This document shows positions 38,382-51,448 of a DNA stretch of 64,000 nucleotides, piece after piece. The DNA is from Torpedo marmorata (taxonomy: Eukaryota). The notes under the pieces were generated by a model. The model was not told the DNA's origin and did no database searches. It saw nothing but the letters and a program-made list of their open reading frames with translations. Location: contig OZ360241.1 in NCBI GenBank assembly GCA_977017645.1, forward strand, positions 38,254,001 to 38,318,000, written 5' to 3'. The position numbers and the translations under genes are program-made. Each line of letters starts with the position of its first letter. The first letter of the stretch is position 1.

Positions 38382-39308
38382 TGTTATGGACCATGACTGA
38401 CAGTTTGGACTGAGGACGGTAAGCAGGAAGGATGAAGTCTTTTGGAGTATACACTGGGACCTGGTGCTGAAAGAGTTAACTTGCTCAGGACTTCTTGTAT
38501 TTACCAGAGAGAGACATCAGGGGGAGACAAACTGTGGAAAGACACGGTGTAAAACTTTGGAAGAAGGCTGTGGAGAGATAACTCTCTCTCCACTGAAAGG
38601 CCTAAAGTTAAAACTAACTCAGTGGCAGTTTTGGAGTTGCAAAGGCGGGAAAACTCAGTAGGATCCAGGCCTGTGCATCCCAGAGAAGAAGTGGGGAGAA
38701 TAGCACAGAGTCTCTTGAATCAGAAAAGTCCAGGCTTGTGCATCCCAGGAAAAGGCTGGGAGGAAAACAAGGACTGGTGATTCGGCAGAATCCTGAGTTG
38801 TGAAAACAGCTTTTGTGAGGAACCGGCTGTGAAATCCAAGTATACGCCTTAATTCCAAAACGGATCTGAATTCGCAATCCTTATGAAAACACAAGGGAAC
38901 GTCATCAGAGAAGAAAAGCAAGCCAAGTATTCGTAAGCATAAACAGTTATTGTCTCTCTCCAACACTCATTAAGAAGTCCTTCTACCAGCCCACAGAGCT
39001 GAATTTGGAACCTGAACTTAGAGAGTGAATTTTTGTGGACTGTATTATTTTTGACTGATTTGTTTTTAAGACTGACCTGGGGTATTTGGGGAAAGTTTTT
39101 CCATTATTACATGAGGGTTTGGCACAGACTGTAATGGTCTGGGCTTTACACACACACACATCTTTTAGATAAGAATAGTGTTTATAGACGTTTATAGTGG
39201 GGTTAATTGTTGTGAAATTATATGTTTAATTGTATTTAATAAATATAAATTTAAATTTTACCCCTTTTGCATTGCGTCTTCTGTCGTTGCTGGTTTGAAT
39301 TTGTAACA
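38382..39308 (+). repeat. 5' LTR (927 bp)
   Basis: Direct repeat of 44248-45188; TG...CA termini; AATAAA near the 3' end. Confidence 0.96.
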
Positions 39309-39312
39309 AAAT

Positions 39313-39330
39313 TGGGGGCTCGTCCTTGGA
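39313..39330 (+). promoter_or_regulatory. Primer-binding site, tRNA-Pro type
   Basis: TGGGGGCTCGTCC lies just after the 5' LTR and is complementary to the tRNA-Pro 3' end. Confidence 0.85.
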
Positions 39331-39441
39331 TTTGAATTAAAAATCCATCTTGGTAATTGAAGGAATCCCAGTCTGATTTAAGGCATGCCTTTTGTAAAGC
39401 TAATTAAAAGCTAGTGTGTGTGTAACGAAAAACCAGCAACA

Positions 39442-42400
39442 ATGGATGTAGAACATTTTTTGGAATCACCTGAACCTGATACTTTAAAAAAGGCGAAAAA
39501 GGAACAGTTAGTGGCTATAGCAACAAAGTTAGGCATTGCTTCTGTGAAATGATTTATGAAAAAGGCAGAGATTGGGAGAAAAATTGTCAAATACTTATAA
39601 AAGAAAAAAAGTTTGAGGAGAGCGTGTTAGAGCAGTTTCCCAAGGGTAAACCTTCTGAAAACATACAGTTGGAACTAAAGAAATTGGAATTGGAGGCAGC
39701 CAGGGAACAGAAGGAATTGGAATTGGAGGCAACCAGGGAACAAAAGAAATTAGACTTGGAGGCAGACAGGGAACAAAAGAAATTGGAACTGGAACAAAAG
39801 AAATTAAACACGGAATTGGAACAAAAGAACAGGGAATAGGAACAAAAGAAATTAGACTTAGAGAACGATGAGAGAAATAGGAGATATATGCTGGAAAATA
39901 TAAAGTTGGAAAATGAGAGGAGACAAGAAGAGCACCAAGATCAAATTCGTCATCCTGTTGAGGGGTTTTTGGCTAGTAGAGAAGTTAGGTTGGTTCCTCC
40001 ATTTGAGGAGGCAGAAATAGATAAGTACTTCCAACATTTTGAGAAGGTGGCTGTGAAATTAAAATGGCCACAAGACCAATGGTCTCTTATGTTACAAAGT
40101 GTAATAAAAGGAAAAGCTCAGCAAGCTTATTCTACTCTTACCACGGAGCAAGCTGCTGATTATGAAACGGTGAAGAAGGCTATACTCCAGGCTTATGAGT
40201 TAGTTCAAGAGGCTTATAGACAGAAGTTTAGAAATTTAAAAAGATCAGCAACCCAATCTTATACAGAGTTTGCCTATGAAAAGGTTGTGTGTTTTGACCG
40301 GTGGTGCACATCTAAGGCGGTAAACAATGATTACAATCAATTGAGAGAATTGATAATAATGGAGGAGAGAAAAAGGTGTGTTCCTGAAGATATTAAGGCA
40401 TACTCAGATGAAAAGGAGGTGAAAACTTGGCAAAATTCAGCTAAGTTAGCAGATGAATATGCTTTAACCCACAAGCCTAAGTGGACGTCACGCAGAATTT
40501 TCCAAAAGGTCACTGTGGATAATCACAAGCAAGTGGAAAGTAAATTTGGAAGTGGTGTTAAGGAAAGGGATGAAGGAAAGTGGAAAAGGGAAAACCATTC
40601 GGGTCCCATTTGCCCCTACTGTAGGAAGGCTGGTCATATGCTAGCAAGTTGTCCAGTGTTGAAAAAGAGAGAAAAGGATGCAACACCTAATGCTTGTATT
40701 CAAAGTGAGAAGAGGCATAACACCCAGGAAGGAGATACATTTACTGACAAAGTTAGAGATGTATTTAAACCTTTTGTGACTGATGGTTTTGTTTCAGTTA
40801 AGGCAGGATCAAAACAAGTTCCAGTGAAAATCTTGCGAGATACTGGAGCTGCTCCGTCACTTGTGTTAGATAGTGTCTTGGAATTTTGTGAAGCTACTGA
40901 CACCGGTGACATAAATTTAATTAAAGAAATTGGGGGTGATGTTGAGTCCATTCCTTTGCACAAAATAGTGTTGGACTCAGACTTGGTGGAAGGACCTGTT
41001 ATAATAGGAGTGAGATCAGAGTTGCCAGTAGAAGGAGTCTCACTGTTGCTAGGCAATGACTTGGCCAAGAGTAAAGTAGTTCCTGCAGTGCGAATGACCA
41101 CTAAGCCAGTCATTGATAAGTCAGAGAAAGACTCTGATATTTATCCGGCATGTGCCATAACCAGGGCCATGTCTAAGAAAAATGTCACTGTAGAAAAGGC
41201 AGTGGAAAATAACTTGGTGAAAGAAAAAGTCAGTGATAATCAAGAACACCTGGAAAAGGTTGAGCAATCTCCTATGTTACACCCATCCACTGATAAAACA
41301 CCTAAAGGCACGGATTTGTCACTATCCCGACAGGAGCTAATAGCAAGGCAAAAGGACGATCCTGATCTTGCTGAGGTGAGGGATAAAGTTCTCTCTGAAG
41401 AGGAGTTTAAAAAGGTGCCAGTAGGTTATTATGAAAAAGATGGGGTGTTGATGAGAAAGTGGAGACCATGTGATGTTCCTGCCAATGAAGAATGGGCAGT
41501 AGTGCAGCAGGTTGTGATCCCTAAAGTATATAGGGATGCAATAATAACTTTGGCTCATAGTACACCCTTAGGTGGTCACCTTGGGGTGAAGAAAACTATA
41601 AGGAAGATAATGAAACAATTTTATTGGCCCAGTTTGAGAAGGGAGGTTGTAAGCTTTTGCCGGGCCTGTCACACTTGTCTGGTGGTGGGTAAACCTAATC
41701 AGGGTCTCCCGGAGGCACCCTTGCAACCTATCCCTGCTTTCAGTGAGCTTTCCTCGAGAGTAATTGTTGACTGTGTTGGCCCATTGCCCAAAACCAAAGC
41801 GGAGAATGAGTATTTGTTAACAATTATGTGTGCAGCCACCAGATTTCCAGAGGCCATTCCTCTGAGAAACATAAAAGCAAAGTCAATTGTAAAGGCTATG
41901 GTAAAGTTTTTCACCTTGGTAGGTTTGCCAAGGGAAATTCAATCAGACCAGGGCAGTAATTTCATGTCAGGCGTTTTCCAACAAGTGGTTGATAGACTGG
42001 GAGTTAAACAGATTGTATCCTCTGCGTACCATCCAGAAAGTCAAGGAGCCTTGGAGAGGTTCCATTCGACTTTGAAAAACATGATTAGAACTTACTGTTG
42101 TGAGAAGGAAAAGGATTGGGATAAGGGGGTTCATTTGTTGTTATTTGCAGTGAGGGAGTCTGTCCAAGAATCACTTGGTTTTAGTCCATTCAAGTTAGTT
42201 TTCGGACATGAGGTGAGAGGTCCTTTAAGATTATTAAAAGAACAGTGGATTAATAGTGATGTGCATTTAAATCTGTTAGATTATGTTTCCAAATTTAAGG
42301 ATCGGTTGCATAGGGCTTGTGAAATGGCAAAGGAGAATTTAAAGGCCACTCAACAGAGAATGAAGGTTTGGTATGATCAAAAGGCTAACATGAGAACTTT

Positions 42401-44119
42401 TAAACCTGGTGAGAACATATTAGTTCTGTTTCCCATCCATTCAAATCCTGTTAGGGCTAGATTTTCAGGACCCTATAAAGTTAAGTCAAAAATTAATGAT
42501 GTCACTTATGTCATAGAAACTCCTAATCGCAGACGAGACACACAGGTCTGTCACGTGAATATGATTAAGCCATATTTTGAACAGGTGCCGCACAAAGAGA
42601 CTGAAAATTTACCAGAGGTACTGGTTATTGATCAGGATAAGGAGGAGACAGATAAAACCAGTTTCAGAGAGGGTCATGGGACACAGAAATTGATAAGCCA
42701 GAGGTTAGAAAATTCCGTGATTTTGCGCAATCTGGAGACAAAGTTGGCTCATCTGAAAACTTCAGAAAAGGAAGAGATGAGTCAGTTATTTTTAAAATTT
42801 ATAAATTTATTTCCCGATGTGCCTCAGAAAATTTCCATCGCTTATCATGATGTGGATGTAGGAGATGCAAGACCGATAAAACAGCATCCCTATCGAATCA
42901 ATGCGGAAAAGAGCAAACTGGTAGATCAGGAAATTGACTACATGGTAAAGAACAATATCATTCGAAAGTCTACTTCCAATTGGAGTTCCCCTTGTGTTTT
43001 AGTGCCTAAGCCTGATGGAACAGTTAGGTTTTGCACTGATTATAGGAAAGTAAATGCTGTAACAAAGACAGATGCTTATCCTATTCCTAGAATAGACGAT
43101 TGTATAGACAAGGTGGGGAAGGCCAAATTTCTTACAAAAATTGACTTATTAAAAGGGTACTGGTGTGTTCCTTTGACAAAAAGGGCTAGGGAGATTTCTG
43201 CATTCGTAACACCTTTTGGGCTGTATGAGTATAATGTTATGCCTTTTGGTATGAAGAATGCTCCAGGAACATTTCAGAGAATGATTAATTCAGTAATTCA
43301 AGGGTTGAAAAACACAGGTGCTTACATTGATGATTTAATTGTAAGTAGTGAGACCTGGGAAGAGCATGTCTTTGAGCTAAAATAATTGTTCGAACGACTG
43401 TCCAAAACAAATCTCACAGTTAATTTAAGTAAAAGTGAGTTTGGACATGCTACTGTTATTTATCTGGGTTATGTTGTAGGACAGGGGCAGTTGGCGCCAG
43501 TAGAGGAAAAGGTTGTGACTATTTCCGAGTTCCCTGTTCCAACTGGTAAGAAAACTCTGAGGAGGTTCTTGGGAATGATTGGCTACTACCGCAAGTTCTG
43601 TAAAAACTTTGCTGATCTTGCGCTCCCTCTCACAAATTTGCTTAGAAAGAAAAATTTGTATGGTTGACAGGTTGTCAGGAAGCATTTGTCAAATTGAAAG
43701 CCATGTTATGCCACCAACCTGTGCTTAAGTCACCTTATTTAGAACAGCCGTTTTCTTTAGCCGTGGATGCCAGCGATGAAGCTGTGGGCGCGGTGCTGTT
43801 ACAGAAGAAGAACGAAAAGGACATTGACCATCCGGTATCCTACTTCTCGAAGAAGTTCAATGATCATCAAAGGAATTATTCAACCATAGAAAAAGAGTTG
43901 TTAGCTCTTCTGTTGGCTCTACAACACTTTTATATCTGTACAGCTCAAAAACCACTCATAGTGTATATTGACCATAATCCATTGGTTTTTCTTTGTAAAA
44001 TGAAAAATAAGAATCGACGGTTGTTGAATTGGAGTCTAATTTTGCAAGCATATGATTTGGTAATAACACATATAAAAGGGAAAGATAATGTAATTGCTGA
44101 TTGTCTTTCTAGATGTTAA
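39442..44119 (+). pseudogene. Disrupted gag-pol of the Gmr1-like element (largest intact ORF 39888-43385, 1165 aa)
   Basis: CCHC knuckle CPYCRKAGHMLASC, protease LRDTGA, integrase HHCC plus VDCVG / SDQGSNF / LERFH, RT YIDD, RNase H VDASD...EKELLA; stops near 39550, 39837 and 43383; frameshifts near 39600 and 43655. Confidence 0.93.
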
Positions 44120-44247
44120 ACTTTATCAATGAAAGTAGTTTATATTTTGTATTTGTGGATGAACATTGTGGGTTTTGTTTATATTATAACACCTCAGTTT
44201 CTAAAATTTTGTTTTTGCAGACCAAAATTTTCTTTGTGGGTGGTAGG

Positions 44248-45188
44248 TGTTATGGACCATGACTGACCATTTGGACTGAGGACGGTAAGCAGGAAGGATG
44301 AAGTCTTTTGGAGTATACACTGGGACCTGGTGCTGAAAGAGTTAACTTGCTCAGGACTTCTTGTATTTACCAGAGAGAGACATCAGGGGGAGACAAACTG
44401 TGGAAAGACACGGTGTAAAACTTTGGAAGAAGGCTGTGGAGAGATAACTCTCTCTCTACTGAAAGGCCTAAAGTTAAAACTAACTCAGTGGCAGTTTTGG
44501 AGTTGCAAAGGCGGGAGAACTCAGTAGGATCCAGGCCTGTGCATCCCAGAGAAGAAGTGGGGAGAATAGCACAGAGTCTCTTTAATCAGAAAAGTCCAGG
44601 CTTGTGCATCCCAGGAAAAGGCTGGGAGGAAAACAAGGCCTGATGATTCGGCAGAATCCTGAGTTGTGTAAACAGCTTTTGTGAGGAACCGGCTGTGAAA
44701 TCCAAGTATACGCCTTAATTCCAAAACGGATCTGAATTCGCAATCCTTATGAAAACACAAGGAGGGAACGTCATCAGAGAAGAAAAGCAAGCCAAGTATT
44801 CGTAAGCATAAACAGTCATTGTCTCTCTCCAACACTCATTAAGAAGTCCTTCTACCAGCCCACAGAGCTGAATTTGGAACCTGAACTTTGAGAGTGAATT
44901 TTTGTGGACTGTATTATTTTTGACTGACTTGTTTTTATGACTGACCTGGGGTTTTGGGGAAAGTTTTTCCATTTTTACATGAGGGTTTGGCACAGACTGT
45001 AATGGTCTGGGCTTTAAACACACACACACACACACACACATCTTTTAGATAAGAATAGTGTTTATAGACGTTTATAGTGGGGTTAATTGTTGTGAAATTA
45101 TATGTTTAATTGTATTTAATAAATATAAATTTCAATTTTACCCCTTTTGTATTGCGTCTTCTGTCGTTCCTGGTTTGAATTTGTAACA
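44248..45188 (+). repeat. 3' LTR (941 bp)
   Basis: Direct repeat of the 5' LTR with a longer (CA)n tract. Confidence 0.96.
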
Positions 45189-45726
45189 GGGAGAACGTAC
45201 AAACTGCTTATAGACAGCACCAGATTTGAATCTGGGTCACTGGCGCTGTAATAGCAATATGTTAACCGCGCGTTATGTCAAAAACTTGAGTAACTTTCTT
45301 CTCAACATTTCTTTAATATCCTGCAGCAATGTTGGTGCAGGATAGACAACATTCAAGCTGTAATGAGTGTGAAATTAAGAATTGCTGCTCTCTACAGTGG
45401 AAAGAGTTAATCAAATACACAAGGACATAATGCACAGTACTAAAATGGTGTTCATTAACAAAAACAAGAAACTGTTCAACTTGGCTTCCAATGAGAAGTT
45501 ACATGGTCCAATACCATAGCCATGTCAGTCAGTACGGTGCTAGAATGTATAATGAAACTGAACAGAAATTTCAAACTATACTCCTTTCTGAAGCAGAAAC
45601 TGAACAGATCGATTTTCCCAGTCCTTGGACCTTGGAACAAAGACATGAATATCAACAATTCCTCCAATTCAATAATAAAAGATTTTGAGAACTATGCTTA
45701 AGAAAACTATCAAACAACATGCATTA

Positions 45727-45990
<264 letters not shown>

Positions 45991-46898
45991 TCAGTTTCAA
46001 TAAAAAGCATAGATTAAGGGCATTTGAAAAATTGAGTCAATTTGGTGAATTTGCAAAATGGCAAACATTTGAACACAGCCTTGTTTTACTGGTAGATATG
46101 CTCTAACTCTTGGCCTGCACTCAAATGGACCATGACCTTAAAAAAAAAAACCCATCAAATAGGATTCCATGTCATGAACACAAAGATAGATTATACACCA
46201 CAGCTATTCAACTGGGGCAGCTTTTATTAAAGGTAGAAATAACTGGAGAGGCATATTCAGTTTCACATCTTAACAAGTTAGCTGAAGTACAAGAAAAACA
46301 GATGCATTGAAAAATGATTTTAAAAGGTTTCCTCTACTCCCAATCTTAGTCACGTGAGTCAATCCAAACAGCTAACCAAGTATTACATTCATATACAGGA
46401 TATCTAACATAGATTTTAAAAACCCAGTGACATTATACCCAAAATCAAAGTATAACATACACTTCTGCTGAAGAATTTTACTGAATCATACAGCACAGAA
46501 AACATTACTCCAGCCTTTCAGTTTCTCTCTGGGGCTACTCTCCCACCCTTTCACCAAAGCCCGACAACATTTTTCATTCTCTTTTGAAAGCTACCAATTA
46601 ATCCCCTTCCCTGCCTTGCAAGACAATGAATTCCAGATGTTAACCACTTGCTATACGAAAGAGCATTTTTAAATCACCTTTGGTCCTTTTCCAGTCATGA
46701 ATGTGAAATTGGAAACTCCATGTGAACTTAAAGTGTTATCAGGATTGCAAAATATGAGACATAAACGACCACAATTTCTAAATTCAGATTTTGATGACTG
46801 AGTTACAAAAAATGTTTATTATACTAAAGATTGTCAATCTGGCAATGTAGACTCAGTCAAGCTCAATGCAAAAAATCCACTGCTTTTCTACTATTTTA

Positions 46899-47087
<189 letters not shown>

Positions 47088-47523
47088 TCAGCCATCCAAA
47101 TTGTAACCTAAAGCAGTGCACATATAAATCATATGAATTCATTATTGTGACAAATGTTACATTGTACAAAAGCACAAAGGAACTTCAGACAAATTTTAAT
47201 AATCAAAAATATTTATAACATTTAACTAAGTGCCAAGGATCAGTTGACAATTATGAATGAAGAAATTTAAATTAACCTAATGAATTGAGAGAGAAAATCC
47301 AAACCACCATGGCCAATGTAAACTACTGCAGTTACCAGAAATTTGAACCAACAATACAAAGATATGAATATACTCAAGCATCTCTGAAACATCAACTCCT
47401 CTATTCTTTTCATGCTATTGCCAAAAATGCTGAGTAGCATATGTTATGTTATTTCATAACATTGTTTGACCACTGATTCTGTGAAAGTTAATTGTCTGCT
47501 AAACATATAATAGATTTTTTAAA

Positions 47524-47751
47524 ATTTAGACATAACAGGTAACAGGCCCATTTGGCCCTCGAGCCCGTGCTGCCCAATTAACCTACACGCCCTGTACGTT
47601 TTGAAGGGTGGGAGGAAACCGGAGCCCCCGGGGAAAACCCACACAGACACAGGGAGAACGTACAAATTCCTTACAGTGTGGGATTCGAACCCCGGTCCCG
47701 ATCGCTGGCGCTGTGAGTGTTACACTAACTGCTACACTAACCGTGCTGCCC
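47524..47751 (-). mobile_element. HE1-like V-SINE
   Basis: Reverse-complement copy with B box. Confidence 0.88.
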
Positions 47752-49166
47752 CTTGATACTGTCATAAGAGTAAACTAAAAGCAAAATACATCAAAGCCAT
47801 AAAACAACCCTGCGGTTATGACAGAGCAAAACCCTCAATTCTAAAGGCAAAATAAACCTGAAGATGGTTTAATTTTGGTCAGACGATTTGACAACTACCT
47901 TAAAGGGAACTGAGTGGGCTCCAAGAACCACTTGTCAAACAAAGAGTTAAATCTGACTCAAACTTTGGGGTCGAATATATTCCTAATGCTCATTTTCAAA
48001 TATTGAACAACTTACTTCAAGGTAGCAAACGCTTCATTTGTTACAGATTTAAAAAATCACAATTAGTACCTGGGGAATGTTTGACTATAGTGCAGAAAAT
48101 TAATTATACTTGTCTGGACAAACTACCTAGCATTAAAAGCCCATTTAAGTAATGAAGAACATGTATATACTGGAACCATGCAATGCAATCAGCAGTTAAT
48201 CAACACATTCACAGTCTTGACATTCAAATCAAAGGCTTCTCAACCATCTTGTAACCATATTGCATTATACATATGTAGGGCACAAATTTCCAAGTGTGGG
48301 TCTAGGCAATGAACTCACTCACACAACCAAAATGGTGAAAATGTTACACACTTAAGTCAGAGGAACAAGAGGTTTCCCATGGCGAAAGATGAAAAAGGCG
48401 GGGGAGTAAGAAGGGAGGAGGAGTAAGGAGGGAGGAGGTTACAATAAAGAAAATATTTTGTGTCATCAATGAAAGATTATACTCATTGATCTGTTAATAG
48501 AGACACATTGTTAGAATTATAGATTGAAAATTGAAGAGGCAAATTGTTTTTCACAAAAAGGGCTATTAAAACAAAAACAGCAATGCCTCATTGTCAAATC
48601 AATCACTATGTTTAAAAATTGGGGAAAAAATAGAAGATTGGAGAAAGAGCAATTATCCCAAACAGATGCTACGAATAGCAATCCTATGCTAATTTCTGAA
48701 AAAAATTACACTTGAAAGGAAAAGCAAGCAAAATCCATAATCACAAGCTGTAAGGCAATCCAGAATATTTTGATTTAACCAAGGTAAACTTCCAAATTTG
48801 TGAAACTATACTAACTTCATGAATTCATTGTAACAATTCTTATTTTTGTCAAAATGCAAAGATTACAATTTATTTTTGCCTAATAATTAGTTTTTGAAAA
48901 AGGAAATACTGGAAAACAAATTGCCATTAACAGGCTTCTAGTGGATTTTCAGAGAGAAAACAATCACTTTGAAGTGAGTAATGCCACTATTTGTGGAAAT
49001 TGAGAAGAATTTTTTTTAATGCAAATCAGCGACTTGGGTGCAAAATCTATTTGAAATTGTGCAGATATGGTTCCTCTTTTCAAGAAGCATGTACAAATCT
49101 CAACAGCAACAATAAATCTTCATAAATAAATAGTATATTGAAATATTTTGCTGTTGGATTGGTCAC

Positions 49167-49222
49167 CTTGTACTTGCAATTTTTTCTTTCCATTCTTCAG
49201 AAAGGAAGTCACCTCTTTCCAG
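49167..49222 (-). CDS. DOT1L: DOT1L exon 8 (LERGDFLSEEWKEKIAST)
   Basis: 56 nt, ttcag / gtgacc ends, GDF motif. Confidence 0.96.
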
Positions 49223-49324
49223 CTGAAAGAAACGAGACAAATAACAAAATAAAATTTCCCTGCACATTTAAGAAAAGTGATCAAATATTTACCACTACTT
49301 GCACAGTTTTTAAAAAATTATTAT

Positions 49325-50040
49325 TATTTTTTAAAATATTTTATTTTAAATTTTCTCAGTAGTACAACATATGTAATATAAATCATTAATTCCAGCAAAT
49401 AAAAAAACATAATTTGTATTACAGTGTATCTAACCCATCCCTTAACCCACCCTCTATAATATTGCTACCCCACCCTCCACCCTCCCTTTAATTCCTTCCC
49501 TTTACTAAAAACTAAAGAAAAAAAACAGAAAAGAAGGCATTGGTATTTCTTATTAAAAACATCTGCACGAATCGCTGCTGGGTCCACTGTTCGACGCGTG
49601 GCATTCAACAATATTTATTCTTTAAATTTGAGAGAGTCAACAGGGTCTAGGATGTAGAGCAACACATTTAAATGTTCATACCTAATGATTGGATATATGG
49701 ACGCCAAATTTGCAAAAATATCCCATATTTATTTCTCATATTATATGTTATTTTTTCCAATGGAATACAACTCCGCATCTCTATATTCCATCTATCCATG
49801 CCTAAATTTATATCTGATTTCCAAGTTACTGCTATACACTTCCTTGCTACTGCTAAAGCAATTTTTACAAATTTCAATTGACATGTTGATAACTTCAACT
49901 TTAAATTATTGATTCATATATATTGCTGTCTGCCCTGGCTTTTCAGTAACATCAAGTTTAAATCTTCGTTTTTCTATTTTACTTCTCCTTACAAATATTT
50001 AATCCTCAATGTTACTACAAAATTATTCATATTTTTCCCC
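49325..50040 (-). mobile_element. L1/Tx1-clade LINE 3' end
   Basis: IALAVARKCIAVTWKSD...IPLEKITY...IWRPY ORF2 C-terminus followed by a T-rich UTR and A-rich tail. Confidence 0.8.
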
Positions 50041-51315
50041 ACATTAATTCTGAGCCCTATTCAACAACAGTGGGAGGCAAGTTTCAAGTTCCTCCATTCT
50101 ACATTTACAAAATTATTTACTTTTACAATGATCATAATAACTCTGATGTCATGAAAAGTCTTGGTCTATTATAATCCAGCCTTTCAAGTGAAGAAACGAT
50201 TATGAATCTATATTTAGATGGTGTTGCCAGTGGAAATATATTCAAAGTAAAAATGCATGTGCAATGCCAGAAAATTCACTGAAAATAGATTGCTAACCTG
50301 GGGTGATCAGACTGTTTTTAATTTGCTTGTTGAATTTATCAGAATTAATGCACAAAGCCATCAACTGAAAGAACTTCAAGAGAATACAAAATCAAAACTT
50401 TCAGTTAGTGGATTTTCTGTGTCAAAAGGGTCTGGAACTCAAATTGCCCCACAAATTACACAGACTGACAGTTCAGTGCAGTATTGAGAAGAGTCTGATA
50501 TTACAGGAGGATGCTATTTTCTGGAATGCATTACACAAAGCCTCATTGTTTTTGTTTAGGCAGATGCAAGCTAAAGGGAGTCATGGAGCTGACAATAAAT
50601 TTGCAACATTCCATTCTTATCAGATTCCATTAAAATGGATGTGATTATTATGTTCTTACTGCACACGTTTTGTCTGCTTTTGCTTACATAAATGCACCTC
50701 AAAGCAATCTAGTTAGAAAGCTAGTGATATCCTCCTGTGCAAATTATTTTAAAATGTCATGAAAAGACCTCACACCACAGCAAAGAGGTAAACCAAGCTG
50801 AGTGGGAGCAATTAGAAAAGCTGTTAAGACCTGGTCAAAAATATGATGCATATTGACAGCAGGGAAAGGCGTTAAGATTTTGAAATTGAATGACACAGAA
50901 CAACGCCAAAGGATCTGGACAAATAATTGAACAAGTGCTATCAATGAAGCAATGAGACAAGAGGTCCAAATAAGAACAGAACAAGTGGAGATTTCATTCC
51001 TCCCTGAGGCAGGGAGGATATTGCAGACCAAGAGATTTAAATTTAATCCACAAAAAACTAGCAATCAATGTAGGTCAGCAAGTGCCTAAGAATGTTAAAT
51101 CCATATGACGTTGTATGGAGGAGGCTGGGAAAACAACAAGGCTACAATTGCAGAAGACAAAGGGCACAGGAAGAGGCTAAAGAGAATTGACTGTGAAGTG
51201 AAATAAATGGAAAGGAAAGTGAAGAATGTTAAGAGGATGAGAACAACAGACAACAGGAAAATGAGGGAGCAACCAAAGGTTCATTTTCCCCATACACGAT
51301 GAAAAAGTGCAACCA

Positions 51316-51448
51316 NNNNNNNNNNNNNNNNNNNNNNNNNNNNNNNNNNNNNNNNNNNNNNNNNNNNNNNNNNNNNNNNNNNNNNNNNNNNNNNNNNNNN
51401 NNNNNNNNNNNNNNNNNNNNNNNNNNNNNNNNNNNNNNNNNNNNNNNN
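51316..51448. other. Assembly gap (133 N)
   Basis: Run of N. Confidence 1.

Larger units (their letters stand above)
38382..45188 (+). mobile_element. Full-length Gmr1-like Ty3/Gypsy LTR retrotransposon (gag-PR-IN-RT-RH)
   Basis: LTRs 38382-39308 and 44248-45188 (TGTTA...TAACA), 4-bp TSD GGGA, tRNA-Pro PBS, purine-rich tract before the 3' LTR. Confidence 0.96.

Noticed and set aside
39888-43385. 1165-aa ORF as a domesticated host gene
   Set aside because: It lies between two LTRs with PBS and TSD, and the flanking gag and pol carry stops and frameshifts
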